Shown here: in pieces, positions 9,095 through 18,659 of the stretch
How the letters are laid out: each line of letters starts with the position of its first letter
Numbering within the stretch: position 1 is the first letter of the stretch
Assembly: GCA_965246745.1 (NCBI GenBank)
Contig: OZ251980.1
Coordinates: 1,444,280-1,508,279, forward strand
Source: Capsulimonadaceae bacterium
Lineage (GTDB): Bacteria > Armatimonadota > Armatimonadia > Armatimonadales > Capsulimonadaceae
DNA: 64,000 nt
Reading direction: 5' to 3'
Notes under the pieces: generated by a model
The model's database searches: none
The model's input: the letters and a program-made list of their open reading frames with translations, nothing else
What the model was told of the DNA's origin: nothing
Position numbers and translations under genes: made by a program

Positions 9095-10228
9095 CTACTT
9101 GGTCAAATGGGCCGGGGCCTGCGCTCCGGCCTCGGCGCACGCGCCCTGAGTTGCCGACGGCACGACCAGGCTGAGAAAGCGGCCGTAAACAATGGCGTTG
9201 CTCGGCGCGGGATCGGTGGCCGGCTGGCTGATGAAAAATGTTGCAAAGGCAATAATCGAGACGTTTCCGGGCCGGTTTTTGACGGCCTGACTGATCACGG
9301 GAAGCAGCAGCAGGTGGCCGTCGGAAAGCGGCCGGCCGCCATTGAACCAGGCATCGTAGGTCGCGAAGCCGTGCGTAAACTGCGTGCTGCTCGGCGCAAG
9401 CCGGGCCGCAATCCCGGCGCGTGTCAGCGCCGTGCTGTCATAAGCCAGCGCCGTCGTCGCCAGCGTCTGGCCCGCCGACAGCGGCTGGTCCGAAAGATGC
9501 CCGATGGTGCTTTGGTAGCCCGCTCCCATGCCGCTGGTCATCAGCGGATCAAAGCTGCCTTTGGTCGCCAGATTGCCGTTTTGGTCCCACAGATTAAGCC
9601 GCAGCATGACCTGGCTGCCGGCCGGCTGGTACGCGCCCGGCGTCAGCGTTTTCGTTCCATTCAAAAGCGCGGCGACAAGCGCCACGGCAGGGTCGGCGCT
9701 GGCCGGGTCGTCGCCGATCAGCCCGAACGGCGCGACCGGCAGGCCCGGCGGCAGGCCGCAGGCGGCGGGAGCCGACGCAGTGGCGGACGCCGAGACCGTC
9801 ACAGTGTTCGCGGAGCCGTCCGCGCCGTGCGGCGTGAACCCGACGGCCGGGGCAAACGACAGCGGGGCGTTGACGGTGCCGCTGACGGTGACGGCTCCGC
9901 TCGGGTCGGCGCTGACGGCGGTGGTTGTGAACGCCGTTCCGGCGGCGTTGTTGGCGGCGGCGTTGTTGGCGGCGACCACGCCGGCGGCCGCCGCGCTCGG
10001 GGCGGCGGCTCCACCTGCGCCGGCCAGCGCGGCGGCATCGGCGACCGCCTGCGCCCGCTGCCGGGCCAGCCCCATCAAATTCAGGTCAATCGCCAGCGCG
10101 GCGGCGGCCAGCAGGCCGGCCAGCAAGAAAGCGACCAGCGGCAGGGCCGCCCCGGTGCGCGGCGAATGTCGGAAGTGTGGGCGATAGAAGCATGGAATTG
10201 AAATCCCACGCCTAAAATTGTCGTCCAT
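9095..10228 (-). CDS. tadG: TadG-like putative pilus-associated protein (Flp pilus-assembly TadE/G-like N-terminus)
   Basis: The N-terminal TM segment and the motif AIDLNLMGLARQRAQAVADAAALAGA resemble TadE/G-like domains. The large C-terminal region has no clear family match. Confidence 0.55.
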   Translation of the reverse strand: MDDNFRRGISIPCFYRPHFRHSPRTGAALPLVAFLLAGLLAAAALAIDLNLMGLARQRAQAVADAAALAGAGGAAAPSAAAAGVVAANNAAANNAAGTAFTTTAVSADPSGAVTVSGTVNAPLSFAPAVGFTPHGADGSANTVTVSASATASAPAACGLPPGLPVAPFGLIGDDPASADPAVALVAALLNGTKTLTPGAYQPAGSQVMLRLNLWDQNGNLATKGSFDPLMTSGMGAGYQSTIGHLSDQPLSAGQTLATTALAYDSTALTRAGIAARLAPSSTQFTHGFATYDAWFNGGRPLSDGHLLLLPVISQAVKNRPGNVSIIAFATFFISQPATDPAPSNAIVYGRFLSLVVPSATQGACAEAGAQAPAHLTK

Positions 10229-10247
10229 CGTTTTGCTTTCTTGCCCC

Positions 10248-10679
10248 TCACTCCCGCTGCATGACCAGCTTGGAAGTCAGCAGCCGCGTGCTGCCCGAGA
10301 AAACCAGCGTCGTCACCAGCGGGTGATTATATGCCGCCGTCGCCCGGACCAAGTTCCCGGCGGCGGCATCGTTGCCGCCGCCTGTGTCCCCGAGCGCTGT
10401 CCACGTCGCGCCGCCGTCGGCGCTTTTTTCCAGCACAATCGCGGCCGGCGATAAATGCAGGCCGGCGGCGGCATTCGCGCCGCGTATCGCGGCGTCTCCG
10501 GTCGTGCTGCCGGCGGCGGCCGCACGGGCGGCTTCCCGCGCGGCGGCCCCGACCTGCGCCCCGTCGCCGAGCAGCAGGCCGACTTCGACAATGCCGAACA
10601 GCAGCAGAAACAGCAGCGTGCTGATCAGCGCGAATTCGACCAGGGCCGCCCCTCGCTGCTGTTTTCGGGTGCGTTTCAT
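10248..10679 (-). CDS. tadE: TadE-like pseudopilin / Flp pilus assembly protein
   Basis: From the internal ATG at 10679 it reads MKRTRKQQRGAALVEFALISTLLFLLLFGIVEVG, which is the TadE-like N-terminal motif. Confidence 0.7.
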   Translation of the reverse strand: MKRTRKQQRGAALVEFALISTLLFLLLFGIVEVGLLLGDGAQVGAAAREAARAAAAGSTTGDAAIRGANAAAGLHLSPAAIVLEKSADGGATWTALGDTGGGNDAAAGNLVRATAAYNHPLVTTLVFSGSTRLLTSKLVMQRE

Positions 10680-10690
10680 TACTCGCCCCT

Positions 10691-11131
10691 TCAATGCAGA
10701 TGCCAGAACGCATACAGCGCCCCGGCAGCGACCGCCGGGGCGAACGGCAGCCGGGCGGCCTGGGCACGGGGCGGCAGCGAGAAGCGGCCCCGGCGGATCA
10801 CAAAGATCAGCGCGAGCAGGCCGGCGGCCGGCAGCGCCGCGAGCAGGGTCCAAGCTAAAAAAAGCGGCCCGGCCAGCGCTCCGACCGCCGCCAGCAGCTT
10901 GACATCGCCCGCGCCGAACACGCGGGCGGCATACAGCCCGAGCAGCGGCAGGGCGGCGGCGATCCCGAGCAGCGACTGCTCCAGGCCGGGCAGGCCGCCG
11001 AGCCGCGCCTGGCCCGCCAGGCCCGCCAGCATCCCGGCGGCGGCCAGCGCGTTCGGAATGCGGCGGGTGCGGAGGTCATATGCCGAGGCCCCCAGCAGGA
11101 GCACGGCCAGCAGGGCAGATAAAACGCTCAT
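10691..11131 (-). CDS. cpaA: Prepilin peptidase CpaA/TadV (A24 family)
   Basis: 146 aa polytopic membrane protein with catalytic Asp motifs (AYDLRTRRIPN ... GAGDVKLLAA). Confidence 0.8.
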   Translation of the reverse strand: MSVLSALLAVLLLGASAYDLRTRRIPNALAAAGMLAGLAGQARLGGLPGLEQSLLGIAAALPLLGLYAARVFGAGDVKLLAAVGALAGPLFLAWTLLAALPAAGLLALIFVIRRGRFSLPPRAQAARLPFAPAVAAGALYAFWHLH

Positions 11132-11149
11132 CGGCTTGATTTGTCGGCG

Positions 11150-11359
11150 TTATTTGAGCGAAGTGGCGGCGGTGTTCAGCTTGGTGTTCGCCGACGTGCC
11201 GAGCAGGGTGACCGCGCCGACGCAGACTGCCCCGATAAGGGCCACGAGCAGGACATACTCGACCAACGTGGCCCCCTCTTCGTCCGCCCAAAAGCGGCGA
11301 ACAGACGAGCATACAGAAAACGACGCGGAAGCAAGCGCAGTAGTGAAAGCAGCAGTCAT
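11150..11359 (-). CDS. flp: Flp family type IVb pilin (copy 1)
   Basis: The Flp motif EEGATLVEYVLLVALIGAVCVGAV is present. Confidence 0.8.
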   Translation of the reverse strand: MTAAFTTALASASFSVCSSVRRFWADEEGATLVEYVLLVALIGAVCVGAVTLLGTSANTKLNTAATSLK

Positions 11360-11408
11360 GGATGGTTCCCTCCCTGGGAAGCGAGCTGGGTGAATTGGGT
11401 GAACGAAG

Positions 11409-11597
11409 TTACTGAAGCGACGCAGCGGCCGAATTCAGCTTGGCGCTGGCGCCGGTGCCGAGAACGGCAATCGCGCCGACGCAGACGGCGGCTACAAGCG
11501 CCACGAGGAGGATGTATTCGGCAAGGGTTGCGCCGTCTTCGTTCCGCCAAAAGCGGGCGACAGACAGAAGAAGCGTGAAGTGTGCTGAGGACAGCAT
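11409..11597 (-). CDS. flp: Flp family type IVb pilin (copy 2)
   Basis: Taking the internal Met gives MLSSAHFTLLLSVARFWRNEDGATLAEYILLVALVAAVCVGAIAVLG. The G/ATxxEY processing motif is present. Confidence 0.8.
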   Translation of the reverse strand: MLSSAHFTLLLSVARFWRNEDGATLAEYILLVALVAAVCVGAIAVLGTGASAKLNSAAASLQ

Positions 11598-11830
11598 GGC
11601 GAAGTTCCTTCCCTGGTTCGTGGGCACTCGGTCCGTGAGATTTGTCTTGCGCGGCTATTATACAGCAGAAATGCGCGGGAGTCCAGTGTTTTCGCGCCCG
11701 CGAAAAAATAATTTTTTATTTTTGGAGCAGCGCCAGCCCGATCAATGTCAGCAAACTCAAAACCGCCATCAAGCCGCCGGGCATTGAGGAAAGCGAGAAG
11801 CGTAACTGTCCCGTTCCCCCAATGGTTTGC

Positions 11831-12322
11831 TTATTCTTCCGTCGCTCGGCGGCGCAGTTCTTCCTGAACCCATTCCAGCGCTTCGTAGGGCGTCATTACC
11901 CGGCAGCGTGTCGCCGGCGGTCCGATCAAAGGATTGCCTAAAAAATGCTGTTTGTCGGTGGTCACAAAAATGTCGGCATCACAATCAATCGCGCAGGCCA
12001 AAACACGCGCGTCAGGACGGTAAGCCGTCATCGCCATGCAAACTTTAACCGTCTTCGGGGCAGGCTGTGCGGCTTCGCCGACAAAATCGGCCCGGTCCAA
12101 AGTCAGCGCAAGCTCCGGCATCAGTTCGGGTCGGCTTTTTTGGACCAGAAACTCAATGTCCCGCACCACATCGCGGCAGTAGCGCATCTCGACAAACCCA
12201 AGATCGCCAAGCTGTAAAAGCTGACGTGCCGCTGAGTCCGATTTCTTCGCGTAGATCGCTGTGATGATCCCGCTGCTGTCCCAAAAGACGCGCGGCTTGG
12301 CAGGGCGAAGGTCACTCGGCAT
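11831..12322 (-). CDS. PIN-domain ribonuclease toxin (VapC-like)
   Basis: It has a PIN acidic-residue pattern (VFWDSSGII...; DIFVTTD). Its probable start (MPSDLRP) overlaps the antitoxin stop. Confidence 0.65.
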   Translation of the reverse strand: MPSDLRPAKPRVFWDSSGIITAIYAKKSDSAARQLLQLGDLGFVEMRYCRDVVRDIEFLVQKSRPELMPELALTLDRADFVGEAAQPAPKTVKVCMAMTAYRPDARVLACAIDCDADIFVTTDKQHFLGNPLIGPPATRCRVMTPYEALEWVQEELRRRATEE

Positions 12323-12569
12323 CGTCGGTTTCACGCTTCCGGCGCAAATCTCCCAGCATGTCTTCAAGTGTCACGCCGGCGGCCAGCAAGCCGTCACGGA
12401 GCGCGTCGGCGTGTGCATCTACCCGGATTTGGCGAGGGCTGACAAGAAACACGCCGCCGATGTCCACAACGGTCATTTTTTGCCCCTCCGTGAGCTGATA
12501 TAAATCGCGCAAAGGTTTCGGAATGGTAAGCTGCCCGCGCTGGGCAAGCTCAACAGCTGCAATCGTCAT
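12312..12569 (-). CDS. AbrB/MazE/SpoVT-family antitoxin
   Basis: 85 aa. The swapped-hairpin motif region is RGQLTIPKPLRDLYQLTEGQKMTVVDIGGVFLVSP. Confidence 0.7.
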   Translation of the reverse strand: MTIAAVELAQRGQLTIPKPLRDLYQLTEGQKMTVVDIGGVFLVSPRQIRVDAHADALRDGLLAAGVTLEDMLGDLRRKRETDDAE

Positions 12570-12572
12570 GGG

Positions 12573-12612
12573 CGTCTCCTGATTTCAGAAAAATACTGCT
12601 TTCTGATTTCTG
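12573..12612. promoter_or_regulatory. Palindromic putative operator upstream of the antitoxin gene
   Basis: The inverted repeats are gatttcagaaa ... tttctgatttctgaaat, and the region is AT-rich. Confidence 0.4.
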
Positions 12613-12659
12613 AAATTATTATGCCAAGATGCAGGGCAAAAGTCAACTGTGCGGGAAGG

Positions 12660-14999
12660 TTATGCGGCCAGCAGCAGGGGGAGCAGGCCGCCGTCTTCGG
12701 GTTCGGGGCGCGGAGGGCGCAGCGGGCCGGTCATCAGCGAAAGAAACGCGGCGACAACCTCGGGGTCGAAATGGGTGCCGGACAGGGAGCGGATATGGTC
12801 CAAAACGCGCCCTTCGGGCCAGGCCGCGCGGTACGGGCGGTCGGAGCGCAGGGCGTCCCACACATCCACCACGGCGAACAAGCGGGCGGCCAGCGGGATT
12901 TCCTCGCCGCGCAGGCCGCGCGGGTAGCCGGTGCCATCCCATTTTTCATGGTGGCAGTAGGGAATATCGAGCGCGGGGCGCAGAAACGCAATCGGGGACA
13001 GCATCTCGTAGGCGTCCTGCGGGTGACGGCGCATGACCCGCCACTCGGTCGGGGTCAGGTTGTCGGTTTTCAGGAGAATGCGGTCAGGGACGCCCATTTT
13101 GCCGATGTCGTGCAGCAGCGCCCCGCGCCGGACCGGCACCAGCTCCGCTTCGCTGAAGCCCAGGGTGCGGGCCAGCCGCACGGCGAGGTCGGTAACCCGG
13201 CGGGAATGGCCTTCGGTTTCCTGGTCGCGCAGGTCCAGGGCGCGGCCCCAGCCTTCAATGGTGGCATCGTAGGCTTCCATCAGCTCGCGGTTGGAGCGCT
13301 GGATATCCTGAAACATCGCGGCGCTGTCCAGGGCGATGGCGGCTTGACCGGCAAGAATGTCTAAGCGCTCGTGCCAGGACGCGTCAGGACAAAGCGGCGA
13401 GCGGTGAAACACTTCCAGCACCCCTTTCAGCGTGCCTTTGGCAATCAGCGGCACGGCCCAGTAGGATGCGACGCCTTCGGCGGCCAGCAGGGGCACATCG
13501 GCGAGCAGCTCCGGGGTCCAGCTCAGGTTCGACAGGGACACGGCGCTGCGCTGCCGGGCCGCGCCGCCGGCCGGCCCGGCCCCGAGGGCCTGCGGCGGCA
13601 GCGCGTCCACCGCCCGGCGCAGGCCGGCCCCGGCGGCGTAGCACAGCTCTTCGCGCTCCGGGGCATACGTCAGCACCGCCGCGCCGTCCACCCCGAGCTG
13701 CGCCCGAAGCTGCTCCAGCACCAGAGCGAGCGTTTCCACGATGTCCGGGCCGGCGATGATCGCCAGGTCAATTTGATGCAGGGCGGCGATCTCCTGAAGC
13801 CGCTGCTGCAAATGCTCGTTCAGCGCGAGAATTTTCTGCTGGGCCTGCCGGCTTTGGGTCACGTCTTCCACCACGGCGATAGAAAACAGCGGCCGTCCGG
13901 CGGAGTCCCGCACCAGCGACATGGTCAGGTCCGCCCACAGCAGCGTGCCGTCGGCGCAGCAATAGCGCTTTTCGGCTTGGTAGCTGTCGCGCAGCCCTTC
14001 CTGAAGCTCCCATTGAAGCTGAAGGTTCGCCGGCGCATCGTCCGGGTGGGTCAGCCGGGCCAGCGCCGTGCCGTGCAGCTCGTCCGCCGTGCAGCCGAGC
14101 ATGTTTTGAAACGCCGAGTTGGTCCGGGACAGCCGTCCGTTCATTTCGACCCGCGCGATGCCGACCGCCGCCGCATCGAAGATCATTTGAAGCTGGTCTT
14201 CGCTTTCCCGCAGGGCGTCTTCGGTGACCCGCCGGGCGGAGATGTCCCGCACCGTCCCTTCGTAGTGGAGCAGACGGCCATCTTCGGCGCGAACCGCGCG
14301 GGCATCTTCCGAAATCCACAGCCGGGTGCCGTCGCACCGCCGAACCTGCGACTCAAACCCGGTCACCGTGTCGGCCAGATGCAGGCAGCGCTGAAACTCG
14401 GCCCGCCGCAGCGGGTCCACATACAGGTCGCGGCCGGTTTCCACCTGCTGCGCGATCAGCGCTTCGGGGGTTTCGTAGCCGTAAATCTGCGCCAGCGCGG
14501 CATTGGCCCGCAGGAAATACCCGTCGGGCGACGTTTGAAACATGCCGATCAGCGCCCGCTCGAACCAGCCCCGGTGGTCGGCCTCGGAGCGGCGCAGCTT
14601 TTCTTCCTCGGGCTGATGGCGGCTGCACACCAGCAAAAGGCCGCTCCACACCGCGTCGCCGCCGGCCGAGACGCGCGAAAGCGCGAGGTCTACGGCAACA
14701 CGCGAGCCGTCGCGCGGGCAGGCGTCGAGCCGCAGCAGCCGGCCGCCGCGCTCGTCGAGCAGCCGGCGCGGAAATTCCGGCAGCAGCGACCAGACTTCTT
14801 CGCCGAGAACATCACCCGCCCGGCAGTGAAACAAGCGCTCGGCTTCGGCATCAAACGACAGGATGCGGCCTGTCGGGCCGAACGTCAGCGTCGGCGCGGA
14901 AAGCGTCGGCGCGGGGGCGGACGGGGCGGTGATGGAGGAAATAGCAGGCATTAATTTCACGGCTAATGTTGTATCGGCAGTTTCGGGTTTTGTCTTCAC
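12660..14999 (-). CDS. Multi-sensor signalling protein: PAS domains plus a GAF domain plus an HD-GYP phosphodiesterase domain
   Basis: 779 aa. The C-terminal region carries LLHDIGKMGVP and HHEKWDGTGYPRGL (the HD-GYP signature), with PAS-like repeats and a GAF-like region in the middle. Confidence 0.8.
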   Translation of the reverse strand: MKTKPETADTTLAVKLMPAISSITAPSAPAPTLSAPTLTFGPTGRILSFDAEAERLFHCRAGDVLGEEVWSLLPEFPRRLLDERGGRLLRLDACPRDGSRVAVDLALSRVSAGGDAVWSGLLLVCSRHQPEEEKLRRSEADHRGWFERALIGMFQTSPDGYFLRANAALAQIYGYETPEALIAQQVETGRDLYVDPLRRAEFQRCLHLADTVTGFESQVRRCDGTRLWISEDARAVRAEDGRLLHYEGTVRDISARRVTEDALRESEDQLQMIFDAAAVGIARVEMNGRLSRTNSAFQNMLGCTADELHGTALARLTHPDDAPANLQLQWELQEGLRDSYQAEKRYCCADGTLLWADLTMSLVRDSAGRPLFSIAVVEDVTQSRQAQQKILALNEHLQQRLQEIAALHQIDLAIIAGPDIVETLALVLEQLRAQLGVDGAAVLTYAPEREELCYAAGAGLRRAVDALPPQALGAGPAGGAARQRSAVSLSNLSWTPELLADVPLLAAEGVASYWAVPLIAKGTLKGVLEVFHRSPLCPDASWHERLDILAGQAAIALDSAAMFQDIQRSNRELMEAYDATIEGWGRALDLRDQETEGHSRRVTDLAVRLARTLGFSEAELVPVRRGALLHDIGKMGVPDRILLKTDNLTPTEWRVMRRHPQDAYEMLSPIAFLRPALDIPYCHHEKWDGTGYPRGLRGEEIPLAARLFAVVDVWDALRSDRPYRAAWPEGRVLDHIRSLSGTHFDPEVVAAFLSLMTGPLRPPRPEPEDGGLLPLLLAA

Positions 15000-15096
15000 C
15001 TGAGCGTCTGCTCAGGGCCAGTGTCGAAACACGGCGGAAAGTGGGTAAAATGAGGCTCAATGAGCCAAAAAGTGAGAACACTGCGGGAGGCCGACT

Positions 15097-15723
15097 TTGG
15101 ATGATGCCGCTCCGCGCCCGGCCCGGCCCCGCGCAACCGTTTCCGCCGAAGAGCGGGCGCTGATCGAGCGCTGCAAGCGCGGCGACATCGGGGCGTTCAA
15201 CGACCTTGTCCGCAGGTACGAAAAGCAGGTGTACAACTTCGCGTACCGCTTGACGGGCAACTACGACGACGCCAATGATGTCGCGCAGGACGCGTTTCTG
15301 CGCGTCTTCAACGCCATCGGGACCTTTCGCGGCGACTCGTCGTTTTCCACCTGGCTGTTTCGGATCACCACCAATGTCTTTCTGGACGAGCGCAAAAAAG
15401 CCAAAGCGCATCCGCAGACTTCGCTGGACGAGTACCTGGAGCTGGGCGAGTCGAGTGTCGCCCGGCAGATTGAAGACCCGTCGCCGTCGCCGGAAGCCGT
15501 GCTGGAAGAATCCGAGCGGGCGCAGATTTTGCGTCAAGCCGTCGGCGGCCTGCCCGAGTACCAGCGGGCGATGGTGACGCTGTACCACACGCAGCAAAAG
15601 TCGTATGAAGAAATCGCCGAGATCATGGACCTGCCCATCGGCACGGTGAAAAGCCGGCTGAACCGGGCGCGGCTGGCTTTGAAAGAGAAACTTTCCGGCA
15701 TCCGGGAACTTTTCAACTCGTAG
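15097..15723 (+). CDS. ECF-type sigma-70 family RNA polymerase sigma factor
   Basis: Region 2 (YNFAYRLTGNYDDANDVAQDAFLRVF) and region 4 (SYEEIAEIMDLPIGTVKSRLNRAR) are both present. The gene uses a TTG start. Confidence 0.85.
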   Translation: MDDAAPRPARPRATVSAEERALIERCKRGDIGAFNDLVRRYEKQVYNFAYRLTGNYDDANDVAQDAFLRVFNAIGTFRGDSSFSTWLFRITTNVFLDERKKAKAHPQTSLDEYLELGESSVARQIEDPSPSPEAVLEESERAQILRQAVGGLPEYQRAMVTLYHTQQKSYEEIAEIMDLPIGTVKSRLNRARLALKEKLSGIRELFNS

Positions 15724-15837
15724 CGTCGTCGCACACGCAGACAGGCTTGCGCCTGCGGGAAATTTCCGAACATCACCTGTGTTTCAGACGGTGATTTTTT
15801 ATAGCGTCACTGCCGGCGGGTGACGAGGACGACTGCC

Positions 15838-16824
15838 ATGAAGCTTGAACGCGCCCAAGAATTGTATTCCGATTATGCCGAAGAAACGCTGACTCCCGCT
15901 TTGCGGCAGGCGCTGGAGCAGCACTTCGACGCCGACCCGGCGGCGCGGGCCGATTACGCCCGATTTTCGTCGGTCTATGCCCTGCTGAGTTTGCCGGCGG
16001 GCGATGAGGCCGAAGTGCCGCACGGCTTCCGGGCCAAAGTCTTGGAGCGGGCATCCGCCGAAGCCGACCGGCGCAGCGCGGCGAAAAGCGCCGGCTGGCT
16101 GGCCCGGCTGGTGCCGCCCGCGTACCGCCGGGCCGCCGGCGGCGCTCTCGCCGCGCTGGCCGCCGTCACAGTGGCCGCCGTGCTGACCGTGCCGCCGAGC
16201 CGGCCGGGAGCGTCCCAAAGCGGCGTTCTGCCGTCGCTTGCCGCCCCGCCGCCGACGCCGGCGACGCTGGTTCAGGGCGTGGACATGCAGGCCGGCACCA
16301 GCTACCGTCAGTTTCATCTGCACCTGCCGCCGAGCGTTCCCGCCGCCACGGTGACGGCGTATGTGATCACGGCCACCGAGCAGATCACCGACCCGGCGCA
16401 TCTGGCCGACGCCACGCCGGCCGTTTCGGGGCAGCACTTGACCAACCATCAGGGCCTGCAAATCCCGATTGCGCCGGTCGCCGCGCCGCCGGCGGGGAGC
16501 ACGCTGACACTGCTGGCGGCTTACAAGCCCGATGCGGCGGGGCAGCCCGCCGGGGCCGAAGCGGTCTTTACGCCGTTTGGGGCCGCCGACCCCGCCACCG
16601 CCGCGCCGGTGAACACGAGTTTTCTGGACGGCATGCAGGCGGTCGCCGCGCACTACGGCACCACGGTGATTGTGGACGTTTCGGCGGCTCCGACCCAGGC
16701 CGTCACCGCAAGCTTTGCCGCCGCCGACCCGGCGGTTCCGCTGGCGGACATGGCAAGCGCCGCCGGCTGCACGGTGCGTAAAGTGTCCGACAACACCTAT
16801 TATGTCGGGCGGAATCAACCGTAG
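15838..16824 (+). CDS. anti-sigma factor (N-terminal anti-sigma helix, one TM segment, extracytoplasmic C-terminal domain)
   Basis: It lies immediately downstream of the ECF sigma gene. It has a TM segment (ALAALAAVTVAAVLTV) and an Ala/Pro-rich periplasmic part. Confidence 0.55.
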   Translation: MKLERAQELYSDYAEETLTPALRQALEQHFDADPAARADYARFSSVYALLSLPAGDEAEVPHGFRAKVLERASAEADRRSAAKSAGWLARLVPPAYRRAAGGALAALAAVTVAAVLTVPPSRPGASQSGVLPSLAAPPPTPATLVQGVDMQAGTSYRQFHLHLPPSVPAATVTAYVITATEQITDPAHLADATPAVSGQHLTNHQGLQIPIAPVAAPPAGSTLTLLAAYKPDAAGQPAGAEAVFTPFGAADPATAAPVNTSFLDGMQAVAAHYGTTVIVDVSAAPTQAVTASFAAADPAVPLADMASAAGCTVRKVSDNTYYVGRNQP

Positions 16825-16835
16825 AAAAACACAGC

Positions 16836-16871
16836 AAAAAAGCCCGGCACTTTCCGTGCCGGGCTTTTTTT
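16836..16871 (+). terminator. Rho-independent terminator
   Basis: The sequence aaaaaagcccggcactttccgtgccgggcttttttt is a GC-rich hairpin followed by a T-tract. Confidence 0.65.
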
Positions 16872-16928
16872 GCGTGTGCTGAAACTTTTCCCCATTCCGG
16901 CACTCCAAACACACCGGAGGCCCGGTTT

Positions 16929-18659
16929 ATGCGCGTCTGCGCCGCACTCACAACCCAGTTTTTCGCCGCCCTTTTTCTGCTTTTGACGCTTACCGCGCTT
17001 TGCCGCGCCGCGCCGCCGGTGCAGGACATCTTTGTCGGCGGCGGCACGCCCGGCCCGTTTGCCCTGCGCTGGAGCGCCGTGGAAGTCGGCACCGAGCAGG
17101 TCTCGGTCAACGGGCAGGCGCAGCTTCGCGGAATTGACTACACGCTCGACAGCGCGGCGGGAACCGTGACATTTACCCGTGCCGTTCCCGTGAGTTCCGC
17201 CGTGTCGGTCGCGTACACGCTTGTCCCCGGACGCTCTCAGCGCAGCGGCGGCGGGCAGACGATCCCGCTGTCGCTGGATTTGCTCCGCACCGGGCACGGG
17301 TATTTTTCGCTGGACGCGCTCGGCAGGCAGGCCGCCGATGCGCCGAGCAGCCTCACGCTCGGCTTCGGGCTGGGCTGGCAGAACGGGTCCCGCAGCCAGT
17401 TTTCGTCCCGCTTCGTTTTTGCGCCGTCCGCCGCCGGCAGCGGCGCGGACGGACGGACCGACCGAACAGGGCTGCGGCTCGGCGGGTCGGCGTCGGCCGG
17501 AAGCTGGGGCCGGTTTTCGCTCGGCTTTTCCCGCGCCGGGGCGGGGCTTGACCCCGGCGCAGGCGACGGCCTGGAAGCCGGGCGGCAGGTGCTCTCGCTT
17601 GGCGGCAGTCTCACGCCTGCAAACTCCGTCCAAGCCCAAATTTCGGTGTCGCGCACCGACCCTCTGCCTCATGCCGACGCGGAAGCGGGCGTCACCCGCG
17701 CCGCCCTGTCGCTGTCGGCGACGCCGGGTCAGGCCACCAAGCTGGCGGCGAATTTCTCGGAAACGGACACGGACGGACGCGGCGCGACCCAAACCGTCGC
17801 GCTGTCGGCGGACACGCAGCCGACAAAAACGCTCGGGGTCAGCGCGGCGTTTCGCGCCCGAAACGCGCCCGGCGCTGCCGGGGACACGTCTGTCATCAGC
17901 CTCAAAACCGTGCTGACGCCGAGCCGAGCTTACACCGTGCAGGCCGGGGCGGAGCAGGCCCAAAGCGGGCCGGCCACGGTCAGCCGCGAGTCGGTGACGG
18001 TGTCGCTGACTCCCGAGCCGCGCGTTTCGCTGCAAGCCGGGATCGCCCTGCGCCAAACGGCGGGGCCGCCGGCGGCAGGCGGCGCGGGCGTCCCGCTCGG
18101 CACGTCCACCGCCACGGTCGGCGGGACCCTGCGGCCTGCGCCGATGCTGGAGCTGTCGGGAACCTACAAAAGCCGCACGGCCTCGGGTGCCGAGACCAAC
18201 TCCAGTGCTCTGCTTGACACCAGCGCCGCGCGGATCGCGTTCGCGCCGGTCGGCACGCTGAAGCTGGTCGGCACCTACGCGCAGAACCCCGACGACGGCG
18301 GGGACACCGTGCAGCGGGTCGCCCGGCGCGGCCTCAGCCTGGAAACCCGTGTCGGCGCACTCGGCCTGTCCGGCGGCTGCGACTGGTCCCGCGCGTTCGG
18401 GGACACCGCCGATGCCCAGACCCTTCGCGCCGACCTCGGCCTGCGCTTTTCCGCCGCCACTCGTCTTTCGCTCGGCTACGCCGCCCAGCAGGCCGCCCGC
18501 GACCCGTCGGCCCCGCCCGCGACGGTCTACACGGTCGGCTTCACGCACACCCTCGGCGACCGCTTTTCCCTTAGCCTCACCGGCAAGCGCCGCCAGGACG
18601 CCGCCTCGTCCGCCACCCCCGACTACAACGCCGCAGCCAGCCTCGGCATGAAGTTCTAG
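16929..18659 (+). CDS. putative outer-membrane beta-barrel protein
   Basis: 576 aa. It has a signal peptide, alternating amphipathic beta strands rich in Gly/Ser/Thr/Ala, and ends in F (...ASLGMKF), which is typical of an outer-membrane barrel. Confidence 0.5.
   Translation: MRVCAALTTQFFAALFLLLTLTALCRAAPPVQDIFVGGGTPGPFALRWSAVEVGTEQVSVNGQAQLRGIDYTLDSAAGTVTFTRAVPVSSAVSVAYTLVPGRSQRSGGGQTIPLSLDLLRTGHGYFSLDALGRQAADAPSSLTLGFGLGWQNGSRSQFSSRFVFAPSAAGSGADGRTDRTGLRLGGSASAGSWGRFSLGFSRAGAGLDPGAGDGLEAGRQVLSLGGSLTPANSVQAQISVSRTDPLPHADAEAGVTRAALSLSATPGQATKLAANFSETDTDGRGATQTVALSADTQPTKTLGVSAAFRARNAPGAAGDTSVISLKTVLTPSRAYTVQAGAEQAQSGPATVSRESVTVSLTPEPRVSLQAGIALRQTAGPPAAGGAGVPLGTSTATVGGTLRPAPMLELSGTYKSRTASGAETNSSALLDTSAARIAFAPVGTLKLVGTYAQNPDDGGDTVQRVARRGLSLETRVGALGLSGGCDWSRAFGDTADAQTLRADLGLRFSAATRLSLGYAAQQAARDPSAPPATVYTVGFTHTLGDRFSLSLTGKRRQDAASSATPDYNAAASLGMKF

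Noticed and set aside
13371-14954. 527 aa plus-strand ORF inside the HD-GYP gene
   Set aside because: It is antisense to a gene with clear PAS, GAF and HD-GYP motifs, and its composition is artefactual.
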